From Verrucomicrobiota bacterium (GTDB lineage Bacteria; Verrucomicrobiota; Verrucomicrobiia; Limisphaerales; Palsa-1400), in contig JBEKYR010000022.1 of assembly GCA_049510745.1 (NCBI GenBank), forward strand, positions 19,591 to 83,590: a stretch of 64,000 bases of DNA. Reading direction: 5' to 3'. The notes under the pieces were generated by a model. That model worked only from the letters and a program-made list of their open reading frames with translations, had not been told where the DNA came from and did not search any database. Within the stretch, counting starts at the first letter, position 1, and the number at the start of each line of letters is the position of its first letter. Position numbers and translations under genes: made by a program. Of this stretch, positions 29,308 to 40,091 are shown piece after piece.

Positions 29308-31199
29308 TTTGCGGCTGTGCGTTTGCGTTTGACGATGGCCAGGACGATGCCGGTCACGGCCACCAGCGCCGGCATGGCGCCGATGTTGACCACTTTGGTC
29401 CAGAATTCCAGCGCGTCGGTTTCCTTGCGCAATCTCTTGCGCACCGATTTCAGGTCCTTGTTCACGTCGGCCACCGCCTTTTGATAGTTCTCCAATTCCT
29501 TTTGTTGCTCCGGCGAGAGAATGAACTTCTGCTCCTTGCCGGACTTGCTGGCCTGCAACTCGCTGATCTTGCGTTCGGTTTCGGATTTTGTGGCCTCAAG
29601 CTGCTTGAGTCTGTCCTTCCATTCCTCGCCGGCTTTCGCCTCCATGTTCTTGAGGCGGGTGAACGGGCGGTTGAGGCTGGCGCGGCTGCGCAGGCTGATG
29701 AGATCGCTGTCCCCGGCCAGTTGCTCGACGAAGCTCTGCACGAGGTTCAAATTGCCGTTCATGGGCTGCACCATGCGATAGCCGAAAATCTCCTGCACCC
29801 GCACGCACACCTGGTCGTTGAGCAGGTCGGTGTCGCCCACCAAAATGACCGCGCCGTCGGCCTTGGATTCCTTCAAGGGCGGTTCGGCGGGCTGGTTTTT
29901 GGCTTCCTCCTTGTCGTCCTTGGCCTTGGGCGGGCCGTCGGGGAAGGCGGTTTTGAATTTTCCTGTCAAACGCACGGCCAGGGCGTAGTCGATGTGCGAG
30001 GGCTTGAAGTCCTTGACGATCTGCTCGGCGGCGATGGTCGCGGTCACGCCCTCCACCAGTTGCGACTCGTCGGAAGTGTGGACCAGCACCGTCTCCTTCA
30101 AACCGTCCGCCGGCTTGCCCGTAAAGACGCCGGCAAAGGGCAGGACCAGATTGTCGATCTGGCTGGTGACAATGTCGTCGTTGTTGATGCCGTTCCTGTC
30201 CATCACCAGCACGGTGGGCATGGCCGCGCCGCTCTGCGGGTTGTGCCCGGCAAAGGTCATGTCGGCGGCCACTTTGTTCACGTCCATCTCCAGCCCCCAG
30301 GCCTTGAGCAGTTTGTCGAGGGTGGATTGGCCCGAGCTTTCCCCGAGGACCTGCGCCATTTGATCGTGTTTTTGATCGAAATAGGCGTGCGGGTCCAGGA
30401 AGGCCAGCAGTTTCCCGCCCCGCAAGACGAATTGGTCGATGGCGAACTGCGCGCTGCCGGAAATGTCGCGCGGATGGACGACCAGCAACACGCGCACATC
30501 GTCATCAATCCTGGCCGCGGTCATGGGAATCTCCTTGACAGTAAAATCCTTTTTCAACTCGCTGACGAACGCCCACGGTTCGGACGGGTTCTGGCCCATT
30601 TGCCGCATCATGGGATTGGGCATCGAGCCAAAGACCGGCAATTCGCTCATCAGGCCGATGACCGGGGGGGTGGGATTGACCACCCGCGCGATGGCGCGCG
30701 ACAAGTCGTATTCGAGCAACCGCTCCCGGTCCGGCGGCAGCCACGGCAGCGCCACTTTCTCATCCAGCATGCTCACGACCAGTCCCATGTAAATCTTGTC
30801 CCCGCCGAAAGGCGAGGTCGCCTGCCCTTCCACCCCGTCCAGGCGGGCCGAGTCCTCGGCGTCGGAATCCGGTTTGGGGTCGAGTTTTTCCAGGACGATT
30901 TTGCCCTTGGCCGCCTGCTGGTATTCAGCGAGCAAATCCTCGATGTGCTGCGCGTAGGTGCGCAGCGAGGGCGGCATGGCGGTGTCGCCCTGCGTGCAGT
31001 AAAAACGGAGGGTGACGCGGGACTCGAGTTTGCCCAGGATCTTCTTCGTCCCCGGCGAGAGCGTGAAGGCCTTCTCGGCTGTCAAGTCGATGCGGCCCTT
31101 GCAGGCGCTGGTCACGACGTAAAAGGCGAGCAGGACGACAAACATGACGGCGACGCCGGCGGTGGAATAGAGGATCGTTTCGATATTTTTCTGCTTCAT
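29304..31199 (-). CDS. GldG-like ABC-type uncharacterised transport system auxiliary component
   Basis: RIDLTAEKAFTLSPGT, LEYDLSRAI, AIDQFVLRGGKLLAFLDP, LISLRSR, C-terminal TM. Confidence 0.85.
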   Translation of the reverse strand: MKQKNIETILYSTAGVAVMFVVLLAFYVVTSACKGRIDLTAEKAFTLSPGTKKILGKLESRVTLRFYCTQGDTAMPPSLRTYAQHIEDLLAEYQQAAKGKIVLEKLDPKPDSDAEDSARLDGVEGQATSPFGGDKIYMGLVVSMLDEKVALPWLPPDRERLLEYDLSRAIARVVNPTPPVIGLMSELPVFGSMPNPMMRQMGQNPSEPWAFVSELKKDFTVKEIPMTAARIDDDVRVLLVVHPRDISGSAQFAIDQFVLRGGKLLAFLDPHAYFDQKHDQMAQVLGESSGQSTLDKLLKAWGLEMDVNKVAADMTFAGHNPQSGAAMPTVLVMDRNGINNDDIVTSQIDNLVLPFAGVFTGKPADGLKETVLVHTSDESQLVEGVTATIAAEQIVKDFKPSHIDYALAVRLTGKFKTAFPDGPPKAKDDKEEAKNQPAEPPLKESKADGAVILVGDTDLLNDQVCVRVQEIFGYRMVQPMNGNLNLVQSFVEQLAGDSDLISLRSRASLNRPFTRLKNMEAKAGEEWKDRLKQLEATKSETERKISELQASKSGKEQKFILSPEQQKELENYQKAVADVNKDLKSVRKRLRKETDALEFWTKVVNIGAMPALVAVTGIVLAIVKRKRTAAK

Positions 31200-31218
31200 G
31201 GCTTGATCTCCCGCGGCG

Positions 31219-31965
31219 TTACCCCGCGCGGTGGCTGCGGAGGATGACCCCGGTGGTAAACAGGGAAAACCCGATGACGCTGAGGAAGAAAATCACGTCC
31301 CGCGAATCAAGCACCCCTTTGGCGAAATACTCGAAATGGGTGATGACGCTGAAGGCCGCCACGGTGTTGACCAGCCACGGCAATTCCCAGCGTGTCAACA
31401 AATTTGTCACCGGCGGGAAGCCGCAGAGCACCAGCAGCAGGCAGAGGACGAAGGAAACAATGAAGCTGACCACCTGGTTGCGCGTCATGGCCGAGGTCAT
31501 GCAACTGATGGCCAGGTAAGCCCCGGCCATGAGGAAACTGCCCACGTAGGAGGCCAGGATGACGCCGTTGTCCGGCGAGCCGAGATAATTGACCGTGATC
31601 ACCACCGGAAAGGTCAAGGCCAACGCCAGCAGCAAAAACAGCCAGGAGGCGAGGAATTTTCCGACGATGGCTTGCCAGGCGGTGATGGGCAGGGTCAGCA
31701 GCAGCTCCAGGGTGCCGGTCCGGCGTTCCTCCGCCCACAAGCGCATGCCCGCCGCCGGCACCAGGAACAGGTAAAGCCACGGATGCCAGATGAAAAACGA
31801 ATTTTCCAGGCTGGCCTGGCCCCGTTCAAAAAAGCCGCCCGCCATGAACGTGAAGAAGCCCGCCAGCAGGAGAAAAATGACGATGAAAACATAGGCGACC
31901 GGCGACGAAAAGTACCCGCCCAGCTCGCGTTTGGTGATGGCTCTGATGTTGCTGATGGAATTCAT
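31219..31965 (-). CDS. GldF-like ABC permease
   Basis: KRELGGYFSSPVAYVF, MRLWAEERRTGTLELLLTLP, KGVLDSRD. Confidence 0.88.
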   Translation of the reverse strand: MNSISNIRAITKRELGGYFSSPVAYVFIVIFLLLAGFFTFMAGGFFERGQASLENSFFIWHPWLYLFLVPAAGMRLWAEERRTGTLELLLTLPITAWQAIVGKFLASWLFLLLALALTFPVVITVNYLGSPDNGVILASYVGSFLMAGAYLAISCMTSAMTRNQVVSFIVSFVLCLLLVLCGFPPVTNLLTRWELPWLVNTVAAFSVITHFEYFAKGVLDSRDVIFFLSVIGFSLFTTGVILRSHRAG

Positions 31966-32921
31966 GGCTGGGCTGGTTTGGCGGTTTCAGGAAGGGTGAT
32001 GCTGCGGAAGACTTCGTCCAGGCGGCCCTCTTCGGTGTGCAATTCCTCGACCTGCCAGCCGGCGGCGGCGGCCAGGACGTTGCGGGCCAGTTCGCCGTTG
32101 CGGTTTTCGGTTTTGGGATAGACGCGCGCCCAGACCTTGCCGTGTTCCTCTTTGACAATGGCCGCGCGGCGGGCGTTGGCCACCCCGGAGAGCCGGTCCA
32201 CCAATTGCGCCCCGCCCACGCCCCGCACCACCAGCAGCACCGCGCCCGCCACGTCGGATTTCTGCTTCAATTGTTGCGGCGTGCCGTTGGCCACGATCTG
32301 GCCGCGGTCAATAATAATGGCCCGCGAACAGACTGCCTCGACCTCTTCCAGAATGTGGGTCGAAAAAATGATCGCCTTCTTCTCGCCCATGCGCCGGATC
32401 AACCCCCGCACCTCGTGTTTTTGATTCGGGTCCAGGCCGTCGGTCGGTTCGTCCATCACCAGCGCTTCCGGGTCGTGGATGATCGATTGGGCGAAACAAG
32501 TGCGGTGCCGGAAGCCCTTGGAAAGGGTATCGACGCTTTGGTAGAGAACCGATTCCAGGAAACACATTTCGACCACGCGATGAATCGCCCTTTTTTTGGC
32601 GTCCCCGTGCAGCCCGCGCAATTCGGCGATAAACCCCAGGAAACCCTCGACTGTCATATCGGTGTAAGCCGGGGCATTTTCCGGCAGGTAGCCGAGGAGG
32701 CGTTTGGCCGGGATGGGGTCGTCAATCATGTTATAGGCGCCGACGGTGACCTTGCCCTCGGAAGGGGGGATAAAGCCGGTAATCATGCGCATGGAGGTGG
32801 ATTTGCCGGCGCCATTAGGCCCCAGAAATCCAAGCACTTCGCCCCGTTCCACCGTAAAGGAAACGCGATTGACGGCCACTTTCGGGCCAAAAGACTTGCT
32901 CAGGTTTTCGACTTTAATCAT
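31962..32921 (-). CDS. GldA-like ABC ATP-binding protein
   Basis: GFLGPNGAGKSTSMRMITG, LSKGFRHR, MDEPTDGLDPNQ; start MIKVENL at 32921. Confidence 0.92.
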   Translation of the reverse strand: MIKVENLSKSFGPKVAVNRVSFTVERGEVLGFLGPNGAGKSTSMRMITGFIPPSEGKVTVGAYNMIDDPIPAKRLLGYLPENAPAYTDMTVEGFLGFIAELRGLHGDAKKRAIHRVVEMCFLESVLYQSVDTLSKGFRHRTCFAQSIIHDPEALVMDEPTDGLDPNQKHEVRGLIRRMGEKKAIIFSTHILEEVEAVCSRAIIIDRGQIVANGTPQQLKQKSDVAGAVLLVVRGVGGAQLVDRLSGVANARRAAIVKEEHGKVWARVYPKTENRNGELARNVLAAAAGWQVEELHTEEGRLDEVFRSITLPETAKPAQP

Positions 32922-33111
32922 TCCTGTTTCTCCGCTCCGCGCCGCTGGGCTGCGGATGTATAATTCTGACTGATTAACAGGCAAACTGTTCAAACGCAAC
33001 TCCCAAGCCCCAATGGCTGTTTTGACATTTTCCGAAAAAAACGTTCAAAGAGAATTTTCCCCTCGCCGTTTCTGCTGGCGAGCGGCGGGAGGGCGGGGTA
33101 ACTTTGGCGGA

Positions 33112-34053
33112 GTGAATGTATTGCCGCGTCCAGAGGTCATCCTGACCCATGAGAGCGATTTGGATGGGTTTGTCTCGGGCTTGCTGTTGCAACGCCTGGC
33201 CAAACGTCTTTTTGACACGGATGTCCGGCTGGAGGCCTACCATTACAACAATTGGCGCCTGCGCGAGCCGCGCGAGAAATCGGGCTGGGTCTGCGACCTG
33301 AGTTTCGAGCCGCGCCTGGATAAGGCGGAGTGGGTGGTGATCGACCATCACGCCACCGAGGCCCAACCCAAAAGCGCCCTCCTCATCCATGATCTGGGCA
33401 AATCGGCCGGGCTGCTCTGTTACGAGTTGTGCCAGCAACACGGCCTCGGTTCGCCCGCCCTGGACCGCCTGGCGCATTTGAATAACGTCGGGGATTTGTT
33501 CCTGGAGGACGACCCGGATTTCATCCTGGCCAACGATTACGCGAACCTGGTCAAGTCCTACCAGTTTTGGAATTTGCACGCGCTGATCGGCGGCCAATTG
33601 GAACGGTTGCTGGACCACCCGTTGCTGGAGGTGATGGCGGTCAAACGCCGCATCGAAGACCCGATGGGCTTCGAGTGGAGCCGGAACAATATCGTGGAAA
33701 TCACTCCCGCCATCGGCTTCGTCGATACGGTCGTCGGCAACACCAACCTGATTGTGCATCAACTGCTGGAAAAACAGGCGACCAAATATCCGGTGCTCCT
33801 GACCCTCTTTCGCAAAGCCAACAACACGGTCGTGGCCAGCTTGCGCAGCCGCAACGGCGAGGCGCTCAAGATCGCGGAGAAATTGCAGGGCGGCGGCCAC
33901 GCCAACGCCTGCGGCGCCACCCTGCCGCGCTCTGTCAAGAACATCCCCGACGCGGTTGATTACCTGCGCCATCTTTTGGACCCCGCCCCGAAAAAGGACA
34001 CCCCGCTCAACAGCCTGGAAGGGCTGCTGGCCGGGCTGGAGATCAAGGGCTGA
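33112..34053 (+). CDS. DHH/DHHA1 family phosphoesterase
   Basis: THESDLDG, IDHH, SLRS, GGGHANACG motifs. Confidence 0.88.
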   Translation: MNVLPRPEVILTHESDLDGFVSGLLLQRLAKRLFDTDVRLEAYHYNNWRLREPREKSGWVCDLSFEPRLDKAEWVVIDHHATEAQPKSALLIHDLGKSAGLLCYELCQQHGLGSPALDRLAHLNNVGDLFLEDDPDFILANDYANLVKSYQFWNLHALIGGQLERLLDHPLLEVMAVKRRIEDPMGFEWSRNNIVEITPAIGFVDTVVGNTNLIVHQLLEKQATKYPVLLTLFRKANNTVVASLRSRNGEALKIAEKLQGGGHANACGATLPRSVKNIPDAVDYLRHLLDPAPKKDTPLNSLEGLLAGLEIKG

Positions 34054-34122
34054 GCGCGCTTTACGGCCGCAAGCGCGCCCAAAGGTCCCCCGGCGCCAGG
34101 CGCAGGTCGATGAAAACAGGAG

Positions 34123-34494
34123 TCACTCGACGTTGAGAATCTGGTCCAGCAATTGGGGCAGTTGTTCGGCCACGGCGGCGGTGCCGGCCAGCACGCCGAC
34201 GCCGGCTTCCCTGGCTTTGGCCTGGACGGCCTCATCGTGCGCCGGGGAAAAGGCCAGCACCGAAATATGCCGGGTGGCGGGATTGGCTTTCACCTGGGCC
34301 ACGGCGGCGCAGACCTCGTCCGGCGGCGACAATTCCGCAATGAGCACCAGGGGCTTTTCGCGCTCGCAGGCCGGGGCGAGCGCGGCCACGCTGTTGAGCG
34401 ACTGAACGCGATAACCCAGGTCCTGCAACCGGTTGGCCAAGTGGCTGCCCGGCAATAGATTCGAGTAATAAACGAGAGCCAGCGGCTTGCTCAT
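34123..34494 (-). CDS. Single-domain receiver-like protein (degenerate response regulator)
   Basis: Receiver-like pattern GYRV..KPLVLIAEL..VKANPATRHISVLAF; canonical Asp residues not evident. Confidence 0.65.
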   Translation of the reverse strand: MSKPLALVYYSNLLPGSHLANRLQDLGYRVQSLNSVAALAPACEREKPLVLIAELSPPDEVCAAVAQVKANPATRHISVLAFSPAHDEAVQAKAREAGVGVLAGTAAVAEQLPQLLDQILNVE

Positions 34495-34604
34495 GCCCAA
34501 CAGAATGGAGCAGCCCGCCGCAAATTGCAAAAATTTTTGCGCCGGAGCAACGGCCGGCCTTAAATGTATAGCAGTCTCGCGGCCGCTCGGAGTTTGATTT
34601 GGCT

Positions 34605-36518
34605 TCAGGGACAGCGCAGGCGGTAGAAACGTTGCGAAAGATTGGTGCAAGCCAGATCGATAAACTGGAATTGGCCGGGCGCGATTTCAGGAAACGAGCC
34701 GAGGACAGTCCACGCGGGTAGTGGCAGGGCTGGGCTGGCAGCGCCGAGCAACGTGAGGCTCGCGCCAGGCAGGTTCGTGAGAGTCATCTGAATGGTGCCG
34801 TTGGTTGTTCTGGTGATGGAGGTGAAGCAAAGTGGGAGAGCAGCTCGCTGGAGTTCGAAAGCCCCGATATCGACGTGCGAACCGGACCTGCGTGGCAGGC
34901 CACGCTCGTCGGTCGTGACGCTCAACGGCGGGTCCAGCAACGTGTCATCGCCGCTGTCGAGAGCGGGGCTGCCGGCCAGAAGGGCACATGTCAAGGCGAA
35001 GCCACCGTTATTGGCAAGTGGTCCAAGCCGAGCGTCGAGCGGTGTGCCGGACCCAACAATGTCGCCCAAAACGCCGTCGGTGAAGCCAGAGTTGCCATCG
35101 GCCAGACCGATGAGGTTGTGACCGTTGGAAGTAAAATCCCCGAGCAGATCAGGGCCTGATCCATCCGGGCCGTTGGCGCCTGCCGAGCCGTTGGCGCCAC
35201 GCGGGGTGCCAGGGCCTCCGGCCCCACCACTCCCAGGAAGTCCTCCGGCACCGCTGAGGTTCTGCGCCGCCAAAACATTTTGGAACGTGGTTGAGCCGCC
35301 GCCTTGGTTGTTGACGCCACCGCCGCCTCCACCGCTGCCCCCGTTGCCGCCATTGCCACCGTTTCCACCGGCACCTCTGGAGTTGGGCAAAGCAGTTCCC
35401 CCTTGGCCTCCGTTGCCTCCTTCTCCGCCCACATTGGTCGTGATGGTGCAGGCGATTGTCTGGAAGAAGCCAAGGCAGCAAATGCCACCGCCGCTGCCAC
35501 CCGTTCCACCATCGCCACCAGAGCCGCCAGCGCCCGGCGGGTAGATGGATTGGAAACTGGAATAGCCACTTCCGCCCGCTCCCCCGGACCCGCCAGGGCC
35601 AGCGGTATTCCCGGCAAAGGTGCAAGACGTGAGAGTGGGGCTGCTCTGGTCGTACAGGCCGCCGCCGGAACCTGCGTCGCCGCCCCGGCCGCCGCCACCG
35701 CCGTCTTGCGAACTGGCAGCGCCGGAGCCGCCGCGGCCACCGGCACCTCCAGCGCCGGCGTTGTTGAAGCCAAAAGTGCAGGCAGTGGCTGTCAGAACTC
35801 CCGCATCAAAGATTCCACCGCCATTTCCTCCGCTCCCTCCCGCCGACCCCGGCAGACCACCGCTCCGGGGCGACCCGCCGTCGCCGCCGCTTCCACTGCT
35901 GTTAGTGATGAAGTTGCAACTGTCCAGTGTCAGCGTGCCGGCATTGTAAACTCCTCCGCCGTTGCCACCCGGCCCGCCGTCGCTGCTGCCGGGGCCACCG
36001 AACGGGAGGATCGGGCTGCTGTACCCGAGGCCCCCTCGGCCGCTGCTGCACTGGGTAACGACGCAATTGCTCAGGGTGAGCGTGCCCGAATTATAGATGC
36101 CGCCACCGTCGTTGCCGGGACCGCCCGGGGTTGCAGAATTCGTGCTTTCAGCGCCATCAGCGGCGTGCCCATTGAAGATGGTCAGGCCGGAAATACTCAC
36201 CACCGCCCCGCCGGAAATGTTGAACACGCGGCTCAAGTAGTTTCCACTGACTGCGAGGCTGTTCGGACCAGGGCCGATGATGTCCAGGCTATTGCCAATG
36301 AGCAACTCGCCCGCAAGATTGGTGATCGTGCCGGAAATGGCGAAGGTGATGGCATCCCCGTCGCTTGCATTGGCGATGGCCGACCGCAGCGAGCCAGTCC
36401 CGCCATCCGCTCCCGTCGTGACCACGAAGGTGTTTTGGCCCCTGAGCGGCTGTATTAAGGTCCCGCAAATGGTCGCAACCAGCAGCGGTCTCCAGATGAG
36501 GAATGAGTGTGTACTCAT
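34605..36518 (-). CDS. Secreted Gly-rich protein with choice-of-anchor Q-like domain and C-terminal sorting-like domain
   Basis: GSLRSAI N-terminus, GGGIYN beta-helix repeats, LGPLANNGG...GSPALDSG...DERGLPR..VDIGAFE; ends RFYRLRCP. Confidence 0.8.
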   Translation of the reverse strand: MSTHSFLIWRPLLVATICGTLIQPLRGQNTFVVTTGADGGTGSLRSAIANASDGDAITFAISGTITNLAGELLIGNSLDIIGPGPNSLAVSGNYLSRVFNISGGAVVSISGLTIFNGHAADGAESTNSATPGGPGNDGGGIYNSGTLTLSNCVVTQCSSGRGGLGYSSPILPFGGPGSSDGGPGGNGGGVYNAGTLTLDSCNFITNSSGSGGDGGSPRSGGLPGSAGGSGGNGGGIFDAGVLTATACTFGFNNAGAGGAGGRGGSGAASSQDGGGGGRGGDAGSGGGLYDQSSPTLTSCTFAGNTAGPGGSGGAGGSGYSSFQSIYPPGAGGSGGDGGTGGSGGGICCLGFFQTIACTITTNVGGEGGNGGQGGTALPNSRGAGGNGGNGGNGGSGGGGGGVNNQGGGSTTFQNVLAAQNLSGAGGLPGSGGAGGPGTPRGANGSAGANGPDGSGPDLLGDFTSNGHNLIGLADGNSGFTDGVLGDIVGSGTPLDARLGPLANNGGFALTCALLAGSPALDSGDDTLLDPPLSVTTDERGLPRRSGSHVDIGAFELQRAALPLCFTSITRTTNGTIQMTLTNLPGASLTLLGAASPALPLPAWTVLGSFPEIAPGQFQFIDLACTNLSQRFYRLRCP

Positions 36519-36593
36519 AGCCCGCTTGACGACACAACAACACCCTGACGGGCTTGTCAAGGCACAAATTCCCATGCGTGCCTCCCCGGCCGG

Positions 36594-37400
36594 TCAGCCG
36601 CGCAGTTTCGGAAAAAACTCGTGCGCCGTCTGGCAGGTCATCGCGCTCAACTCGTCCACCGAACAGTTTTTGACTCCGGCCGCCAGTTCCGCGATTTCCT
36701 TGACATGGGCCGGTTCGCAGCGCTTGCCGCGATAGGGCGCCGGCGCCAGAAACGGGCAGTCCGTCTCCAACATGAATTGGCCGGGCGCCGCCGCGGCCAG
36801 CGCTTCGCGCACGTTGGCGCCGTTCTTGAACGTGACGATGCCCGTGAAACTGACCAGCGATCCCAAGGCAAAAACACGCCGCATCGACTCGACGCTCTCG
36901 GAAAAGCAATGGAACACGCCGCGCGTCCGCCCCGCGAACGGCGTCAGCGCCGCCAGCGTGTCCGCAAACGAATCGCGCTGATGGATGATGCAGTTAAGCC
37001 CCAACTCGGCCGCCAGTTCCATTTGCTGCCGGAAAATTTCCGCCTGGCGTTTTTTGTAAACATCGAGGTCCGCCTCCGTCATCGCAGAATCGCGGCGGCG
37101 ATGGTAATCCAGGCCGGTTTCGCCGATGGCCACGACTTTGGGATGGCGGGCCAGTTCGCGCAAGGCGGGCCGCACATCCTCCGGCGCTTCCCGCACGTGG
37201 GTGGGATGCCAGCCAACGGCCGCATAAACGCCGGGAAACTCCTCCGCAATCCGGATGGCGCGCGCGCTGCCTTGCAGGTCGGTGCCCACGCAAATGATTT
37301 TGGCAATCCCGGCGGCCTGCGCGCGCTCGACGGCAGCCGGGAGGTCCGCCGCAAAATCCGGAAAGCCAAGATGCGCGTGGGTATCGTAAAAAATTGCCAT
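36594..37400 (-). CDS. tatD: TatD family hydrolase/DNase
   Basis: [32 protein letters not shown]. Confidence 0.95.
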   Translation of the reverse strand: MAIFYDTHAHLGFPDFAADLPAAVERAQAAGIAKIICVGTDLQGSARAIRIAEEFPGVYAAVGWHPTHVREAPEDVRPALRELARHPKVVAIGETGLDYHRRRDSAMTEADLDVYKKRQAEIFRQQMELAAELGLNCIIHQRDSFADTLAALTPFAGRTRGVFHCFSESVESMRRVFALGSLVSFTGIVTFKNGANVREALAAAAPGQFMLETDCPFLAPAPYRGKRCEPAHVKEIAELAAGVKNCSVDELSAMTCQTAHEFFPKLRG

Positions 37401-37556
37401 GCCGGCCGGAAAAATAGCGCGCCGCCGCCCCGCGCGTCAATGCGGCGGAAAGCAGCCCCTTGTGTTTGGCCGGTTCCTTTGCTACGTTGGAGGAGTCGAT
37501 TGACAAGACCGGAACCGTCACGACTGAAACTCAAATTCGAAAACAAGAGACACATT

Positions 37557-38183
37557 ATGGCATACGAACTACCTGCTCTGCCCTACCCGAAGGAGGCGCT
37601 CGAACCTTACATCGACGCGCTGACCATGGAAATTCACCACGGCAAACATCACGGCGCTTACGTGGCCAACCTCAACAAGGCCCTGGCCGGCAAAGCCGAC
37701 CTGGAAAAGAAAACGCTCGAGCAACTCATCGGGCATCTCGATGCGGTCCCGGCGGACATCCGCGGGCCGGTGCGCAATAACGGCGGCGGCCACGCCAATC
37801 ACTCGCTGTTTTGGAAAATTCTGGGGCCGAAAGCCGGCGGCGCGCCCACCGGCCCGCTGGCCGAGGCGATTGCATCGGCTTTCGGCAGTTTCGACGCTTT
37901 CAAGGAGAAGATCGAGGCGGCGGGTCTGGGCCGTTTTGGCAGCGGCTGGGCCTGGCTGCTGGTCCACAACGGGAAGCTGGAAATCGCCTCGACGCCCAAC
38001 CAGGACACGCCGTTGATGGGCAAAGCCGTCGCCGGCTGCGAAGGCCGTCCCATCTTGGGGGTCGATGTCTGGGAGCACGCCTATTATTTGAAGTATCAGA
38101 ACCGGCGGGCCGATTACCTCAAGGCCTTCTGGAACGTGGTCAACTGGACCGAGGTCGCGAAGAATTACGCGGCGGCCAAATAG
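37557..38183 (+). CDS. sodA: Superoxide dismutase, Mn-type
   Basis: [35 protein letters not shown]. Confidence 0.95.
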   Translation: MAYELPALPYPKEALEPYIDALTMEIHHGKHHGAYVANLNKALAGKADLEKKTLEQLIGHLDAVPADIRGPVRNNGGGHANHSLFWKILGPKAGGAPTGPLAEAIASAFGSFDAFKEKIEAAGLGRFGSGWAWLLVHNGKLEIASTPNQDTPLMGKAVAGCEGRPILGVDVWEHAYYLKYQNRRADYLKAFWNVVNWTEVAKNYAAAK

Positions 38184-38206
38184 GCGGGAAGAAACAGTTG
38201 AAGTCT

Positions 38207-38272
38207 GAATGAGTGAATCAGTGAAGGCGGCGGTTTTATGTCTTCCGCCCTCACTGGTTCTCTGACACTCAT
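38207..38272. repeat. REP-like hairpin between convergent sodA and nucleotidyltransferase genes (possible bidirectional terminator)
   Basis: GAATGAGTG..CAGTGAAGGCGG ... CCGCCCTCACTG..CACTCATTC. Confidence 0.7.
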
Positions 38273-38589
38273 TCCTTTAACTCTGGATAGATGGCAATTC
38301 CTTCGTGCTCGATCTTATCCTTGAGGCGTTGGCTGATGGTCTGTTCCGGGCGCACCACGTCCAGCTCGTAGATGATCGGCGCGTTTTCCAGGGCCTCACA
38401 CAGGTCCGCCCATTCGGTGAAGGTTGCATGGGGCGCGTAAATGGCCAGGTCAACATCCGAGGCGCGGCGGAATTGCCCCGTGGCGAGCGAGCCGAAAAGG
38501 CGCACTTCACGCACGGCGGGGAAGCGGCGGAAGGTCGCCCGCAACGCCGCCAGGTCTTTCTCCCGAAGCGCCACAGTTTTCATGGTCAT
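38269..38589 (-). CDS. Minimal nucleotidyltransferase (MNT, Pol-beta-like) protein
   Basis: LFGSLATG...SDVDLAI...LDVV..IEHEG; ~105 aa. Confidence 0.88.
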   Translation of the reverse strand: MTMKTVALREKDLAALRATFRRFPAVREVRLFGSLATGQFRRASDVDLAIYAPHATFTEWADLCEALENAPIIYELDVVRPEQTISQRLKDKIEHEGIAIYPELKE

Positions 38590-38702
38590 TCGCAGTTCAG
38601 TGTGCCGTTTCCCGGTTTCGGCGCACAGCTTTCTTCATTCTGCCTCCGCTGACAAGACAACAAAGCGCGCATCCCCGCTTAACCCGAATGGCGACTTGCG
38701 AG

Positions 38703-39065
38703 TTACACGCCCATTACTGCCGCACAACCTGCTGACGCCGCCGCCGCCTCTTCGTCTTCGCGGCGGCGTTTCTCGGCCAAGACAGGCGCGTTGCCGCCGC
38801 CCGGATTGGAGGCCGTCGCGATGGTGGCCAACCCCGTGCCAAAGCCCTTGAGGGGGTTGTGCCAGCGCACGTTGCCCGTGAGCGGATCCAGACAGAAGAT
38901 TTCGCCGTCGCACGAGGCGAGAAGCGCGTCGTTTTGCAGGACGACATTGACGAAACCCACGCCTTTGAGATCCGTCGCCCATGCCTGCGCGCCGCTGGCG
39001 CAATTGAGCGCGACGACCGATCCGTTGATGCCGATGAACACCAAGTCCGAAGATTGCTTCTTCAT
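38703..39065 (-). CDS. Small PQQ-like beta-propeller repeat protein
   Basis: VVALNCASGAQAW and IFCLDPLTGNVRW repeats. Confidence 0.75.
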   Translation of the reverse strand: MKKQSSDLVFIGINGSVVALNCASGAQAWATDLKGVGFVNVVLQNDALLASCDGEIFCLDPLTGNVRWHNPLKGFGTGLATIATASNPGGGNAPVLAEKRRREDEEAAAASAGCAAVMGV

Positions 39066-39181
39066 GCGCGTCATCCTGGCACGCCGCCTCCCATCAATCA
39101 AGCAGTCAGGATTGGGGCGTCTCGCGCGTTGCGGTTTTTGAGTTTCTTAATTCTTCCTTCCTGCTTCATCCTTGTCCGCGA

Positions 39182-40057
39182 ATGAGTTTCAACGTCATCG
39201 GCCTCGGGGAGATTCTCTGGGACTTGCTGCCCGCCGGCAAACAACTGGGTGGCGCGCCCGCCAATTTCGCGTTACACGCGCGCGCCTTGGGAGCGCGCAG
39301 CCGGGTCATTTCGCGCGTCGGCCTGGACGCTCCGGGGGCGGAAATCCTGCAACGGCTGCAAGCTCTCGGCCTGCCCATCGCGGAAATACAAGTCGATCCG
39401 TCCGCCCCGACGGGGACCGTCAGCGTGGAACTATCGGCCGATGGCCAGCCGCGCTTCACCATTCACGAGGATGTCGCCTGGGACCGGCTGGCGCTGGAAG
39501 AAACCGCTCTCGCCGCCGTCGCCGAAGCGGACGCGGTGTCCTTCGGCACGCTGGCGCAGCGCCGGGAGCCGGCGCGGGGGACGATTCGGGCGCTGCTGGG
39601 CGCCGTTCGCCCCGGGGCATTGCGGATTCTGGACCTCAACCTCCGGCAGCATTATTTTTCGCGGGACATCATTGAGACATCATTGCGCCTGGCCAACGTC
39701 GTGAAATTCAACGATTCCGAACTGCCTGTGTTGGCGGAATTGCTGGGGCTGCGGGGGAATGCGCGCCAGCAAATCGAACAACTGGCGCGGCAGCACGCCC
39801 AGCGCCTGGTGTGCCTGACCCGCGGGGCGCATGGGAGCGTGCTCTATTCCGGGGGCCAATGGGCGGATGATCCCAGCCAACCCGCCGCGGTCAAGGACAC
39901 TGTCGGGGCAGGCGATGCGTTTACCGCGGCGCTGGCCATGGGTATGCTGGCAGGAAAGCCGCTCGACGCCATCAACCGCCGGGCCAATCAGGTGGCCCGG
40001 TATGTCTGCTCGCGCGAGGGCGCGACTCCGGCGCTGCCGGAATTTCCGGACCCTTGA
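39182..40057 (+). CDS. PfkB family carbohydrate kinase (fructokinase-like)
   Basis: GEILWD, GGAPANFA, DLNLR, DTVGAGDAF. Confidence 0.93.
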   Translation: MSFNVIGLGEILWDLLPAGKQLGGAPANFALHARALGARSRVISRVGLDAPGAEILQRLQALGLPIAEIQVDPSAPTGTVSVELSADGQPRFTIHEDVAWDRLALEETALAAVAEADAVSFGTLAQRREPARGTIRALLGAVRPGALRILDLNLRQHYFSRDIIETSLRLANVVKFNDSELPVLAELLGLRGNARQQIEQLARQHAQRLVCLTRGAHGSVLYSGGQWADDPSQPAAVKDTVGAGDAFTAALAMGMLAGKPLDAINRRANQVARYVCSREGATPALPEFPDP

Positions 40058-40091
40058 GCCTACGGCCGCAGGTGATTTGTCGGGGCTGAAC

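Noticed and set aside
33112..34053. Assigning the DHH protein as the c-di-AMP phosphodiesterase partner of cdaA
   Set aside because: DHH/DHHA1 motifs do not specify substrate, and the gene is ~11 kb away in a different transcription unit
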